Below, in pieces: positions 56,530-64,000 of a stretch of 64,000 nt of DNA. The notes under the pieces were generated by a model. The model saw nothing but the letters and a program-made list of their open reading frames with translations, searched no databases and was not told the DNA's origin. The position numbers and the translations under genes were made by a program. The DNA is taken from contig CAYLIG010000003.1 of assembly GCA_964383635.1 (NCBI GenBank), positions 32,097 to 96,096 on the forward strand, written 5' to 3'. This stretch comes from an uncultured Christensenella sp. (GTDB lineage Bacteria; Bacillota; Clostridia; Christensenellales; CAG-138). Every line of letters begins with the position of its first letter. The first letter of the stretch is position 1.

Positions 56530-58263
56530 ATGAACTCTTCGGATCAATCCTATTTGAGCCGCAGGCCTTTCCCAGCATATCGCGGGGATGGAGCGTATGT
56601 ATTTGTCAGCTATTCCCATATGGACTCCAAAGAAGTCTTTCAAGAGCTCATCGAATTTCATCGTCAGGGATATCCCGTCTGGTACGACGAAGGCATCGAG
56701 GCGGGCAGTAAATGGAGCGACGAAATTGCAGCCGCAATTTCCAACTGCGCTCTGTTTATCGTGTTTTTAACGCCGAACTCCGCCGGTTCGGAAAACGTTC
56801 AGGACGAAATAGATTTCGCCATTTCCGAAAACAGAAAGTTGATTGCAATCCTGCTTGAAGAAACCGAACTCACCGGTGGGATGAAAATGAAGCTGCAGCG
56901 GCGGCAGGCGATTTTAAAATACGCCGTCCCTGAAGACGAGTACCGATATAAATATTTAGCCGCGTTTGTTTCCTGCGATATTCCTGCGTTAAATGAGATC
57001 AAAAACGAGCAATTTACGAGTCTCGCTTCCCCTATGCGCGCGTCTTCGGGCTCGCCCGCCGCGGGTGATTCGGTCACGCTGGAGTTCGTCAGCGGCCCGC
57101 TCTGCTCACAGCGTTTTTCGTATGACACGAAGACGGAGGTTACGCTCGGTCACGGCGCGAACTGCGACATCATCATTCCGGAAAGCACGGTGTCCGGCCG
57201 TCACTGCCTGTTTCGGATTTCTCCGCCTTCGGTTACGGTTCAGGACTGCGGAAGCAAAAACGGAACTTCCGTAAACGGTACGCTGATCGGCAGCCGCACG
57301 CTTTGCCAAGACGGCGGCTCTCCGGCAAAAGATCTTGCGAGCGGCGATACCGTCAAGCTAAGCAGCAAATGCTCCCTGATCGTCCACATACAGTCCGAAC
57401 AGACCATGACCGACGAGGGTGACGAAGCCACATTCACCGACGTATCCGCCAGCGGATCGGCGCAAGGAAGCGGGCGCACGACGTCCCGATGTTTTGATTC
57501 CGATCTGTTTGAATATGGGTTTTGCTTTGGAGGCAGAAGCGATGCCGGCCCGGTGCGCAGCGAAAATCAGGACGCGCTCGCTCCGTGCCCGGACTGCGCT
57601 TTCTTTGCCGTACTGGACGGCGTGGGCGGCGTTGCCCACGGTAAGGAAGCCGCCCGCTATCTTTCAGAACAGCTCCCGAAGGAGATACGCTCGCTCGCAG
57701 AGCGGCTTGCGGGCGACGCCTCCGCTTCGAAAGCCGCGCTGCTGCTAAGAAGAGCAATCATCGAGCTGAGCGGCACTCTCTACGCAGAATACAACGCCAG
57801 CGGTGAAACCGACTACTCCGCCGCCCTTGCCTGCCTCTGGCTCGTCGGCGGCAGCGCAGTCGTGCTCCACATGGGCGATTGCCGGGCATATATCCTGCCC
57901 AAGGACTCCGGCCATCTGCTCTGCCTGACGAAAGATCACAACCGCGCTTACGAGGCGATCGCATCGGGCGCCATGACGGCGGATGAAGCGCACGCCGCGG
58001 GTCTTTCCTCCCGGCTCACCCGATTTGTCGGCATGACTCCCCCGGCTCTGCCGGACGTGGACGTCTATCCCGTCACGCCCGGCGATCAATTCCTGCTTTG
58101 CTCCGACGGACTGTATTCCGCCGTCGCCGAAAGCGAGCTTGCCAGAATGATGCGCGAGGGCATGCACGAGGAGGAGATTCCCAACCGAATGGTGCAAACC
58201 GCCTGCGACGCAGGCGCGCGGGACAATGTAACGGCCCAATATGTCATGATACTGGGAAAGTAA
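56530..58263 (+). CDS. TIR-FHA-PP2C phosphatase fusion
   Basis: TIR (YVFVSYSH...VWYDEGI...NVQDEI); FHA (LGHG..CD...VSGRH...DCGSKNGT.VNG); PP2C (SD.G.VR.ENQD, LDGVGG, HMGDCRAY, LTKDH, LLCSDGL, GARDNVT). Confidence 0.88.
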   Translation: MNSSDQSYLSRRPFPAYRGDGAYVFVSYSHMDSKEVFQELIEFHRQGYPVWYDEGIEAGSKWSDEIAAAISNCALFIVFLTPNSAGSENVQDEIDFAISENRKLIAILLEETELTGGMKMKLQRRQAILKYAVPEDEYRYKYLAAFVSCDIPALNEIKNEQFTSLASPMRASSGSPAAGDSVTLEFVSGPLCSQRFSYDTKTEVTLGHGANCDIIIPESTVSGRHCLFRISPPSVTVQDCGSKNGTSVNGTLIGSRTLCQDGGSPAKDLASGDTVKLSSKCSLIVHIQSEQTMTDEGDEATFTDVSASGSAQGSGRTTSRCFDSDLFEYGFCFGGRSDAGPVRSENQDALAPCPDCAFFAVLDGVGGVAHGKEAARYLSEQLPKEIRSLAERLAGDASASKAALLLRRAIIELSGTLYAEYNASGETDYSAALACLWLVGGSAVVLHMGDCRAYILPKDSGHLLCLTKDHNRAYEAIASGAMTADEAHAAGLSSRLTRFVGMTPPALPDVDVYPVTPGDQFLLCSDGLYSAVAESELARMMREGMHEEEIPNRMVQTACDAGARDNVTAQYVMILGK

Positions 58264-58294
58264 CCCGGTCACGCCAAACGCGGGAGGCATTGCG

Positions 58295-61200
58295 ATGAAA
58301 GACGATAAAAATAATATTGACCGCACGCTCACCGATATCGAGCGGACAGCCACCGACACGCCGACAAACACCGATATCGAACCGACGCTGACCGACGCGA
58401 CGCAGGCGGACGCCGCGCGCCGCCAGAGTGCCGCGCCGGCAGGCGCGCCGGACAAGCAATCGTTTGACAAGGGCAGCGTGCTGCTTGGCACCTATGAAGT
58501 TCTCTCCGATCCGATTCAGGGCGGCATGGGCGTTGTGTACAGGGTTCACCACAGCGGCTGGAATGTGGATCTTGCGGTAAAGCGCCCCAAGGAGAGCTAC
58601 TTTCAATCGGACCGGCAGAAGGAAAACTTCGTCATGGAGTGCGAGCGCTGGATCAATCTCGGCCTCCACCCCAACATCGTGTCCTGCTATTATGTCCGCG
58701 AACTGGACGGGGTTCCGAGCGTCTTCTCGGAGTGGATGGACGGCGGCAGCCTGGCCGACCAGATCAAAAGCGGAGCGCTGTATGAAGGAACGGATCAGGA
58801 CGTGCGCAAGCGTCTGCTGGATATCGCCATCCAGTTTGCCCGCGGCTTACAGTATTCCCATAAAAACGGGCTCATCCATCAGGACGTTAAGCCCGGAAAC
58901 CTGATGCTGACCAGAGCGGGCGATGCGAAGGTGACGGATTTCGGCATCGCGGGCGGCGGCAACGCGGAACGCGCGCAAACATGGAGCAACGCGTTTACGC
59001 GCGAATATGCCAGCGCAGAGCAGCAGTCAAAGGGCGTGTTTACCCCGAAAACGGACATCTACAGCTGGGCGGTTTCCATACTGATGCTGTATTACGGCAG
59101 GCGTCTGTGGCAAAACGGCATCGACGCGGGACTGGCGTTTCAGCAGCACGCACAGCAGGCAAGGGTGCCCCTGTCCGATGATCTCTCCTCGCTGCTCGGC
59201 AGCTGCCTTGAGCAGGATCCGGCCAATCGTCCGGACGGCTTTGACGCGGTTCTGGTCAGGCTGCTCGGCGAATACGCGGCGCAGACCGGAGCGCCCTATT
59301 TTCGCGAGGAACCGACTGCTGCGGCTGATACGGCGGACAGTCTCAACAACCGCGCGCTCAGCTTTCTGGATCTTGGCAAACCGGAACAGGCGCAGCGGCT
59401 CTGGGACAAAGCGCTGCGGATGGAAACCAATCAGATCGCCTGCACCTGCAACCAGCAGCTTTGGCTCTGGCGCAACGCGAAGATCACCGACGCGGCGGCA
59501 GCGCAGACACTCCGCGCGCTATATGATAAAAGCGGCGCGCCGGAGGCCGCAAAGGCGCTGCTCTCGCTCTACATGGAAGCCGGTCAATATGAAGAAGCGA
59601 GAGAATTTTCAAAAATCCCCGCCGTGCGGCCGCTCATCACCACCGATCGAAATTGGCAGGACGAACTTTTAAAGACATCCCGGTTTACGCTGAATTTTTC
59701 CGATACGCTAAAACACGAGGTCACATCCGCCGCGCTGCTTTCAGATAATACGCTTCTTGTGGCGGATGGTTCGAACTATCTGCGCAGATTTCATCCTGAA
59801 AGCGGCTCTTTCATCGAAGCCATCGACACCAAGAGCATACTCGGCATCGACGCGGATCGGCTCATGGCCGATCCTGTTCGCGGCGGATGCTATGTCTTTG
59901 CCTCCAACAGCGACCGCGCAAACGGAGCACAGCCGACGTTCCTTTCGAGAATGATCGGGGACACAATCGCGGCCCGGTTTAACGTGCCGAAGCGTCCCGT
60001 CTCCTATCAGGTCTCCGCGGGAAACCCAAGGAGTGTAGATATGCCGTTTTATCGTCTTGCCGAGGTCTGGCTGTCGGAAGACGGAACGACCCTGTTCGCT
60101 CTTGCGGATCATCAATATAACTGCAGCTATGACGATACGAACTGGAACGACTGGTATACACACGCCTGGAACGCGGATACCGGCGAATACAAAGGCTCGG
60201 AGCATTATGACGACTTCTATGACGCATGGGCCCCCTACGAAACGCTGTCCGTATTCGGAAAATACAAGATGCGCTGCGAACGATCCACCTACCTGCTGTT
60301 TGAACAAGAAAGCGGAAGATGTCTCAGAACGCTGAACGTGTATACAGGCGCGGGTTCTTCGCGCGGCTTTTCTCAAGGGAAGTGCAGCTTCTCGGCGGAC
60401 GAGCGGTTTTGGGTGGTTCCCCAGGCCGAAGGGCCTCTGGACGTGGGATTGTATTCTTTGTCCGCTTCCCGCGCCGCGTCCCAGCTGTTCCTTTCAAAAA
60501 TCACCTCCACCGCGGAAGCAGCGCGACTGAAACAAGAAAAAATCGCGCTGAAGAGCGCTTTTGAAAGCGCCGTTGAAAAGCAGGATATGGAACGGGCAAT
60601 CGAGATATTCAGCCGCTTTCGTGATCAACCGGGAAACGGAAACGCCGAAGAAACCGTCGCGATGGAGCGACGGCTGTCAAAATTTTGTATCCGTGCGGGC
60701 GTTCATCACGCCGCCAGAGAGTCTGCCGGGGATGTCGCGCTTGCCGGGGAGCCTTATCGTCGTCTGGACACAAAGTCCGCCTTATACCGCAAGGCAGAAA
60801 AATATTTCAGCAAAGATTCCGTTGCGCGTATTCGCACCGAATACGACACCTGGCTGCACAAGCAAAAATATGACGCCTATCTGAGTCGGGACGACGGCCG
60901 GTTTGTGATTGCGCACTACGGCGCAGCAACCGCAAAATCCACAGATGTAAATTTTACGCTGGTGCGCTTTGACACGAAGAATATGGCGCACGAGACGCTT
61001 GGCTGGGGCTGCGCTCTGACGCCGGACGGGAGAATTGTTGCCGGTTTGATCGATCACTCCATTACCTTCCAGTCGGCGGGACAGGCGGCAAAAACGAAAA
61101 TCCCGACGGGCATAGAGGTTTTTCCAAAGGAAATTACCTTTTCGCCCGACTCGCGCTTTGCCTGCTGCAAAGGCAGCGTCGGAAACGCCAAAATGATTTG

Positions 61201-61579
61201 TCTGATGTCGGTTCCGCCCGAATCATCCGTTTTTCGCATTCCCGTCGAATCCTATATCCTCAGCCCGCTCTCCTTTTCCGAGGACGGGTTCTATCTGCTC
61301 GATGAAAACCGCGAAGTCTCGTATCGGCTCAGCTATACCTACTCTTTCCCCGGCTGGGCGGACTGGGACGACGGCGCCGCCCCGTATCTGGATTCGTTCG
61401 TTTTCTTCCATCCGAATGAAAGTCCATCGGATGTTCAGGATCTGACGCGTGAGCTGCAAAGCCGCGGCTTTGGGTGGCTTCGCCCGGACGCGGTAAACGA
61501 GCGCCTCCGTCTGGCGCGGCGGGAAACGAGCAAACAGCTCTTTGGGCTTTCATTCAAAAAACCGACCTCGACCAGATAA
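58295..61579 (+). CDS. Hanks-type Ser/Thr protein kinase with TPR-like segment and C-terminal beta-propeller-like region
   Basis: GGMGVVY, AVK, HPNIV, HQDVKPGN, DFG, TREYASAEQ, TDIYSW; LNNRALSFLDLG..EQA..LW (TPR); FS.D / LTPDG blade repeats. Confidence 0.9.
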   Translation: MKDDKNNIDRTLTDIERTATDTPTNTDIEPTLTDATQADAARRQSAAPAGAPDKQSFDKGSVLLGTYEVLSDPIQGGMGVVYRVHHSGWNVDLAVKRPKESYFQSDRQKENFVMECERWINLGLHPNIVSCYYVRELDGVPSVFSEWMDGGSLADQIKSGALYEGTDQDVRKRLLDIAIQFARGLQYSHKNGLIHQDVKPGNLMLTRAGDAKVTDFGIAGGGNAERAQTWSNAFTREYASAEQQSKGVFTPKTDIYSWAVSILMLYYGRRLWQNGIDAGLAFQQHAQQARVPLSDDLSSLLGSCLEQDPANRPDGFDAVLVRLLGEYAAQTGAPYFREEPTAAADTADSLNNRALSFLDLGKPEQAQRLWDKALRMETNQIACTCNQQLWLWRNAKITDAAAAQTLRALYDKSGAPEAAKALLSLYMEAGQYEEAREFSKIPAVRPLITTDRNWQDELLKTSRFTLNFSDTLKHEVTSAALLSDNTLLVADGSNYLRRFHPESGSFIEAIDTKSILGIDADRLMADPVRGGCYVFASNSDRANGAQPTFLSRMIGDTIAARFNVPKRPVSYQVSAGNPRSVDMPFYRLAEVWLSEDGTTLFALADHQYNCSYDDTNWNDWYTHAWNADTGEYKGSEHYDDFYDAWAPYETLSVFGKYKMRCERSTYLLFEQESGRCLRTLNVYTGAGSSRGFSQGKCSFSADERFWVVPQAEGPLDVGLYSLSASRAASQLFLSKITSTAEAARLKQEKIALKSAFESAVEKQDMERAIEIFSRFRDQPGNGNAEETVAMERRLSKFCIRAGVHHAARESAGDVALAGEPYRRLDTKSALYRKAEKYFSKDSVARIRTEYDTWLHKQKYDAYLSRDDGRFVIAHYGAATAKSTDVNFTLVRFDTKNMAHETLGWGCALTPDGRIVAGLIDHSITFQSAGQAAKTKIPTGIEVFPKEITFSPDSRFACCKGSVGNAKMICLMSVPPESSVFRIPVESYILSPLSFSEDGFYLLDENREVSYRLSYTYSFPGWADWDDGAAPYLDSFVFFHPNESPSDVQDLTRELQSRGFGWLRPDAVNERLRLARRETSKQLFGLSFKKPTSTR

Positions 61580-61590
61580 GGAGCTGCGCT

Positions 61591-62259
61591 TTGGGCATTC
61601 CCATCATCGTCGGCGTCACCGGCCATCGCGACCTGCGTCGGCAGGACGTTCCCCTTCTTCGCGAACTGGTGACCGGGGAACTGAAAAAGTTCATCGAACG
61701 GTATCCAAATTCGAAATTCACGCTGCTGGATTCCATTGCGTCCGGCGCGGATTCACTTTGCGCCGAAGCTGCTCTGGCGCTTGACATGGAGCTTGTCTGT
61801 CCGCTGCCGATGCCGGTTTTTGAATACCGAAAGGACTTTTCAAAGGTCGAAGCGGCAGCGTTCGACGCTTTCATTCAAAGCGCATCGGACGTATTTGTCG
61901 TTCCGAATTCGGAACCGCTGCCAAACAGGCCGACGCGCGATTTCTATTATCGTCAGGCGGGAATCTATGTGGCGCAGCAAAGCCATTTCCTTCTTGCATT
62001 ATGGGACGGAACGCCCGCAAAGCAGGACGGCTGCGGCACCGCGGAAGCGGTCGAATTTGCGCTTCGGAAAATCAATCAGAATGAATCCGATTGCCCCGGG
62101 GCCGCGGACTGCGGCGCGGTGCTCCATGTGATAACTTCAAGACGCGGCGCAAAGGACGCGCCGCCTGCCTGCGTGCGGCTCATCGAACGCGAACCGGGCC
62201 TTCTAAACGAAACTCTGCGCAAAATCGACGCTTTGAATTCGGCAAACCGGAGCTGCTGA
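61591..62259 (+). CDS. Stand-alone SLOG-superfamily (YpsA/DprA-like Rossmannoid) nucleotide-binding protein
   Basis: TTG start after AGGAG; VGVTGHR, SIASGAD, PLP, YRQAG.YVA, LLALWDG, GCGTAEAV. Confidence 0.72.
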   Translation: MGIPIIVGVTGHRDLRRQDVPLLRELVTGELKKFIERYPNSKFTLLDSIASGADSLCAEAALALDMELVCPLPMPVFEYRKDFSKVEAAAFDAFIQSASDVFVVPNSEPLPNRPTRDFYYRQAGIYVAQQSHFLLALWDGTPAKQDGCGTAEAVEFALRKINQNESDCPGAADCGAVLHVITSRRGAKDAPPACVRLIEREPGLLNETLRKIDALNSANRSC

Positions 62260-62291
62260 TCATACCGTCCGGAACTGCCTGTCTTCTTTCG

Positions 62292-62816
62292 TTATTGATG
62301 GAATATACGCGCCCCGGGGCCGAGAAATCCGCTTCTCTTTGCGTCCACCACCGCGGGATACTGATTCTCATAATTCCTTCTATGCGTATGCTTTGGAAAC
62401 GTAATGTGATATAACAGCGTCCCAAGCAGCGCTACAATCAACCCGCTTTTCATGAGATATTCCATCGCCGTGACAAACCAGGGATACCGATCCGTCGGTA
62501 CGATATCCAGAATCATCAGCACAATCGGCGCGAAGATCGCAATCAGTACGTAACGAATGACCCATGTCATTCGTTTGTGGATGCGATAGCAGCTTTCACA
62601 GCGCGGAACCGGTACGTCCAGCACCTTTGATACGCGTCTGCTTGCGCTTTGGCTAACCACTTTTTCGAGATGAACGCCGGCCCAGTGTTTTTTTTCGGCA
62701 GGCGGTTGCGCATTACAAAACCAACACACCTGCTCCAGTTTCGCTTGTTTTTCGGACTGCTCGGCCGCGGCTTTTAAAAAGGCCTCCCTCGCTTTATCCG
62801 TCCAAAACTCATCCAT
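62292..62816 (-). CDS. Hypothetical membrane protein with CxxC...CxxC zinc-ribbon and two TM helices
   Basis: CWFC and CESC, then two hydrophobic stretches; GGAGG RBS. Confidence 0.7.
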   Translation of the reverse strand: MDEFWTDKAREAFLKAAAEQSEKQAKLEQVCWFCNAQPPAEKKHWAGVHLEKVVSQSASRRVSKVLDVPVPRCESCYRIHKRMTWVIRYVLIAIFAPIVLMILDIVPTDRYPWFVTAMEYLMKSGLIVALLGTLLYHITFPKHTHRRNYENQYPAVVDAKRSGFLGPGARIFHQ

Positions 62817-62956
62817 CCTGAATCCTCCTGTCTTACACGATCTCTATTGATCCGGGCGTTCCCCGAAATCAGCCGGTTCGTTTAACCATTGCGTTTCTAC
62901 CGGTTTGTATTCCGCCTGTTCAGCCTGAAATTGGACATGTGAAATGCCTGCCGCCT

Positions 62957-63487
62957 TCAAGCATCGTTTAGCGCCGCTTGAATCCAATCGATCACATCGT
63001 TTGTAAATATGCTTCCGGTATATAAGGTTGCAGCATCGTTAAGGGTTGTGCCTCCTGTCGCAAGGCCGTTTGACCACTCCGAAAAGCTCTGCACGCTAAC
63101 GGCGTTGCTCTTTTCCATCCGGAGCGATATCAGCCAGAATCCTTCTATTACGCCGTCTTTCTCCGACTGATCAATAAAAAAAACAACCCCCTGTTCCGCT
63201 GGCGTTAGATAGAGTTTGTCCAGATCAAAATCTTCCTTGGAGTATACTTGCGGGTTGTACAAAACAACCGAGCCGTCCGTATAAAAATACGCACACGAAA
63301 CGGTATCCGTAATAAACTCTCTTGCGTAAGTAACATCGCATGTTCCGTCTTCGTAAAACAACATACCGACCAGTCTGTTTGAATCCTGCCATGCGCCGAC
63401 AATCGCGCCTTCATACGGGTCCTTACATCCTGTTAAGCTCGCCAGAACGAGCAGAATGACGATGAGAAGGTTGAGTTTTCGTTTCAT
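62957..63487 (-). CDS. Hypothetical lipoprotein
   Basis: MKRK plus hydrophobic core and lipobox LTGC; lipocalin-like IVGAW..S..G..FYEDGT start; GGAG RBS. Confidence 0.75.
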   Translation of the reverse strand: MKRKLNLLIVILLVLASLTGCKDPYEGAIVGAWQDSNRLVGMLFYEDGTCDVTYAREFITDTVSCAYFYTDGSVVLYNPQVYSKEDFDLDKLYLTPAEQGVVFFIDQSEKDGVIEGFWLISLRMEKSNAVSVQSFSEWSNGLATGGTTLNDAATLYTGSIFTNDVIDWIQAALNDA

Positions 63488-63563
63488 CGCGCGTCTCTCC
63501 TTTTGTTCAAGACGTTTTGCGCCTTTTTTAAGAGTTTATCGCTTTCGTTTGTGATATGACAGA

Positions 63564-63580
63564 GTGAGCGTTACGCTCAC
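63564..63580. promoter_or_regulatory. Perfect palindrome GTGAGCGT-T-ACGCTCAC between divergent genes
   Basis: 8-bp arms directly downstream of a TGTGATATGA extended -10-like element. Confidence 0.45.
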
Positions 63581-63678
63581 CCGCGCCGGTATATTTTGTT
63601 CAAAGTAAAAAACCGCTTGCCGCTGTCCGGTTTGGCTGTGATATGATAAGAGAAATGCATGAAACGGGTGATGAAATC

Positions 63679-64000
63679 GTGCCTCCCCCAACTTCATCTT
63701 TCGGGGTAACCACAAGTACGCTTCTTGAGCGGCTTCGCGCCGGACAGTCGATCACCGAGTTCTTTCAGGAAAACCGGAACGACATCTGCGAATTTCCTCT
63801 GGACGAATGCCTGAAGGAATACATCCTGCAGAAGCATGTTTCAAACGCGAAGCTCATTCGGGAAAGCGGAATGAACCGCAGATATTTCTACGACATCCTT
63901 TCCGGCAAGCGCCGTCCCGATGAGAACTATGTGCTGCGGCTTCTTCTTGCGCTGCACGCGTCGATTGAGGACGTGCAATGGCTTTTACGCTGCGCGCGCT
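63679..64000 (+). CDS. XRE/Cro-like HTH protein (3' end beyond the window; not in the ORF track)
   Basis: Manual translation: MPPPTSSFGVTTSTLLERL...LDECLKEYI.QK.VSNAKLIRESGMNRRYFYDILSGKRRPD.NYVLRLLLAL. Alternative in-frame ATG at 63655. Confidence 0.75.
   Translation, partial: MPPPTSSFGVTTSTLLERLRAGQSITEFFQENRNDICEFPLDECLKEYILQKHVSNAKLIRESGMNRRYFYDILSGKRRPDENYVLRLLLALHASIEDVQWLLRCAR

Noticed and set aside
1-64000. Prophage, IS element, integrative element, rRNA or tRNA
   Set aside because: No transposase, recombinase, phage structural gene, terminal inverted repeats with target duplication, or tRNA/rRNA signature seen, so mobility of the TIR/kinase operon is not demonstrated.

Overview
A chromosomal window from a moderately GC-rich Firmicute, probably Clostridia (inferred from sigma-A-like promoters, GGAGG ribosome-binding sites, lipoprotein substrate-binding proteins and a GHKL/LytTR two-component system). 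I found no rRNA, tRNA, CRISPR array, transposase or integrase. 1-10.8 kb is an amino-acid(-derivative) catabolic region: polar amino-acid ABC transporter with two substrate-binding proteins, aminotransferase, IclR, LysR, cupin, URO-D-like protein and two FrlC-like TIM barrels, one apparently catalytically degenerate. 11-26.3 kb holds a 2-oxoacid:ferredoxin oxidoreductase, a Liv-type ABC transporter and a divergent FabH-like / CoA-transferase / hydrolase / FabG / TetR / thiolase / PhaZ-like cluster, a candidate 3-hydroxybutyrate-ester utilisation locus. 26-37 kb holds a 1245-aa LVIVD + beta-helix lipoprotein, a DUF4062-NACHT-WD40 (NLR-like) protein with a membrane tail, and PadR plus a SEDS-like protein. 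37-47 kb is an acyl-transfer cluster (two adenylate-forming ligases, BspA lipoprotein, PlsC-like and HxxxDG acyltransferases) divergent from a GHKL/LytTR pair. 47-52 kb is AraC/GH2/MFS/TetR. The most striking element is a five-gene operon at 52517-62259: HD-RyR, TIR-LRR-unknown, TIR-FHA-PP2C, Ser/Thr kinase-TPR-beta-propeller and a stand-alone SLOG protein. It is a candidate phosphorylation-gated, nucleotide-signalling defence/conflict system. Two hairpin-bearing tandem-repeat arrays sit directly upstream of substrate-binding-protein genes. All domain calls come from motifs read by eye; no database search was run.
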